Shown here: piece by piece, positions 63,870 through 64,000 of the stretch | How positions within the stretch are numbered: the stretch's first letter is position 1 | Layout: the number at the start of each line of letters is the position of its first letter | Program-made: the position numbers and the translations under genes | The notes under the pieces: model-generated | Told to the model about the DNA's origin: nothing | Databases searched by the model: none | What the model saw: the letters and a program-made list of their open reading frames with translations, nothing else | Assembly (NCBI GenBank): GCA_965225855.1 | Contig: CBDDCK010000005.1 | Span: 1,152,001 to 1,216,000, forward strand | Source of the DNA: Spirochaetia bacterium | Lineage (GTDB): Bacteria > Spirochaetota > Spirochaetia > SP-2023 | Reading direction: 5' to 3' | DNA: 64,000 bases

Positions 63870-64000
63870 AGTACAATTACTCTCTGACTTTTAATAAAGA
63901 ATGGAAAAGCTGTTTTTAGCAGCTTCTTAAAGTAGCGCAAAATAATCTACGATAGGGCCAAAATGAGCCAAAATGTCAATACCTTATCTTTTAAGTTTCA

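Overview
Chromosomal window from a bacterium that is most likely a host-associated spirochaete. This is inferred from the murC-yicC-cmk, slt-uppP and murI-rsgA gene orders (which I recall from Borrelia-type genomes), the cyclophilin-FKBP fusions and the many lipoproteins. The housekeeping backbone comprises dnaG, ilvD, nagZ, dprA, uppP, slt, tRNA-fMet, msrBA, hppA, rsgA, murI, uvrD, folC, cysH, ddl, cmk, yicC, murC, metA, hemW, hrpA and three PPIases. Two repeated surface-lipoprotein systems interrupt it. (1) Three dispersed paralogous cassettes (~3865-6566, ~20899-23690, ~61029-63869) each carry a 4-domain lipoprotein gene with a conserved N-half, a microsatellite linker and a variable C-half. 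All three share a promoter with a C7 tract inside a 15-bp -35/-10 spacer. They also share non-coding flanks; copies 1 and 3 end sharply at a 5'-TGTAAGGGGGC terminus that recurs at 1164. (2) A tandem duplication (28710-35846) carries two BspA/DUF285 repeat lipoproteins with shuffled 75-bp units, each followed by an array of 46-bp palindromic repeats. A derivative of that repeat sits in the tail of lipoprotein cassette 3, linking the two systems. No transposase, integrase, reverse transcriptase or cas gene is visible. Several decayed genes are present (Panacea/SocA antitoxin, GT10 fucosyltransferase-like, FGE-sulfatase-like, ridA, truncated murI copy), along with a phage-type HTH-AAA ATPase. All family assignments come from motif recognition, not database searches.
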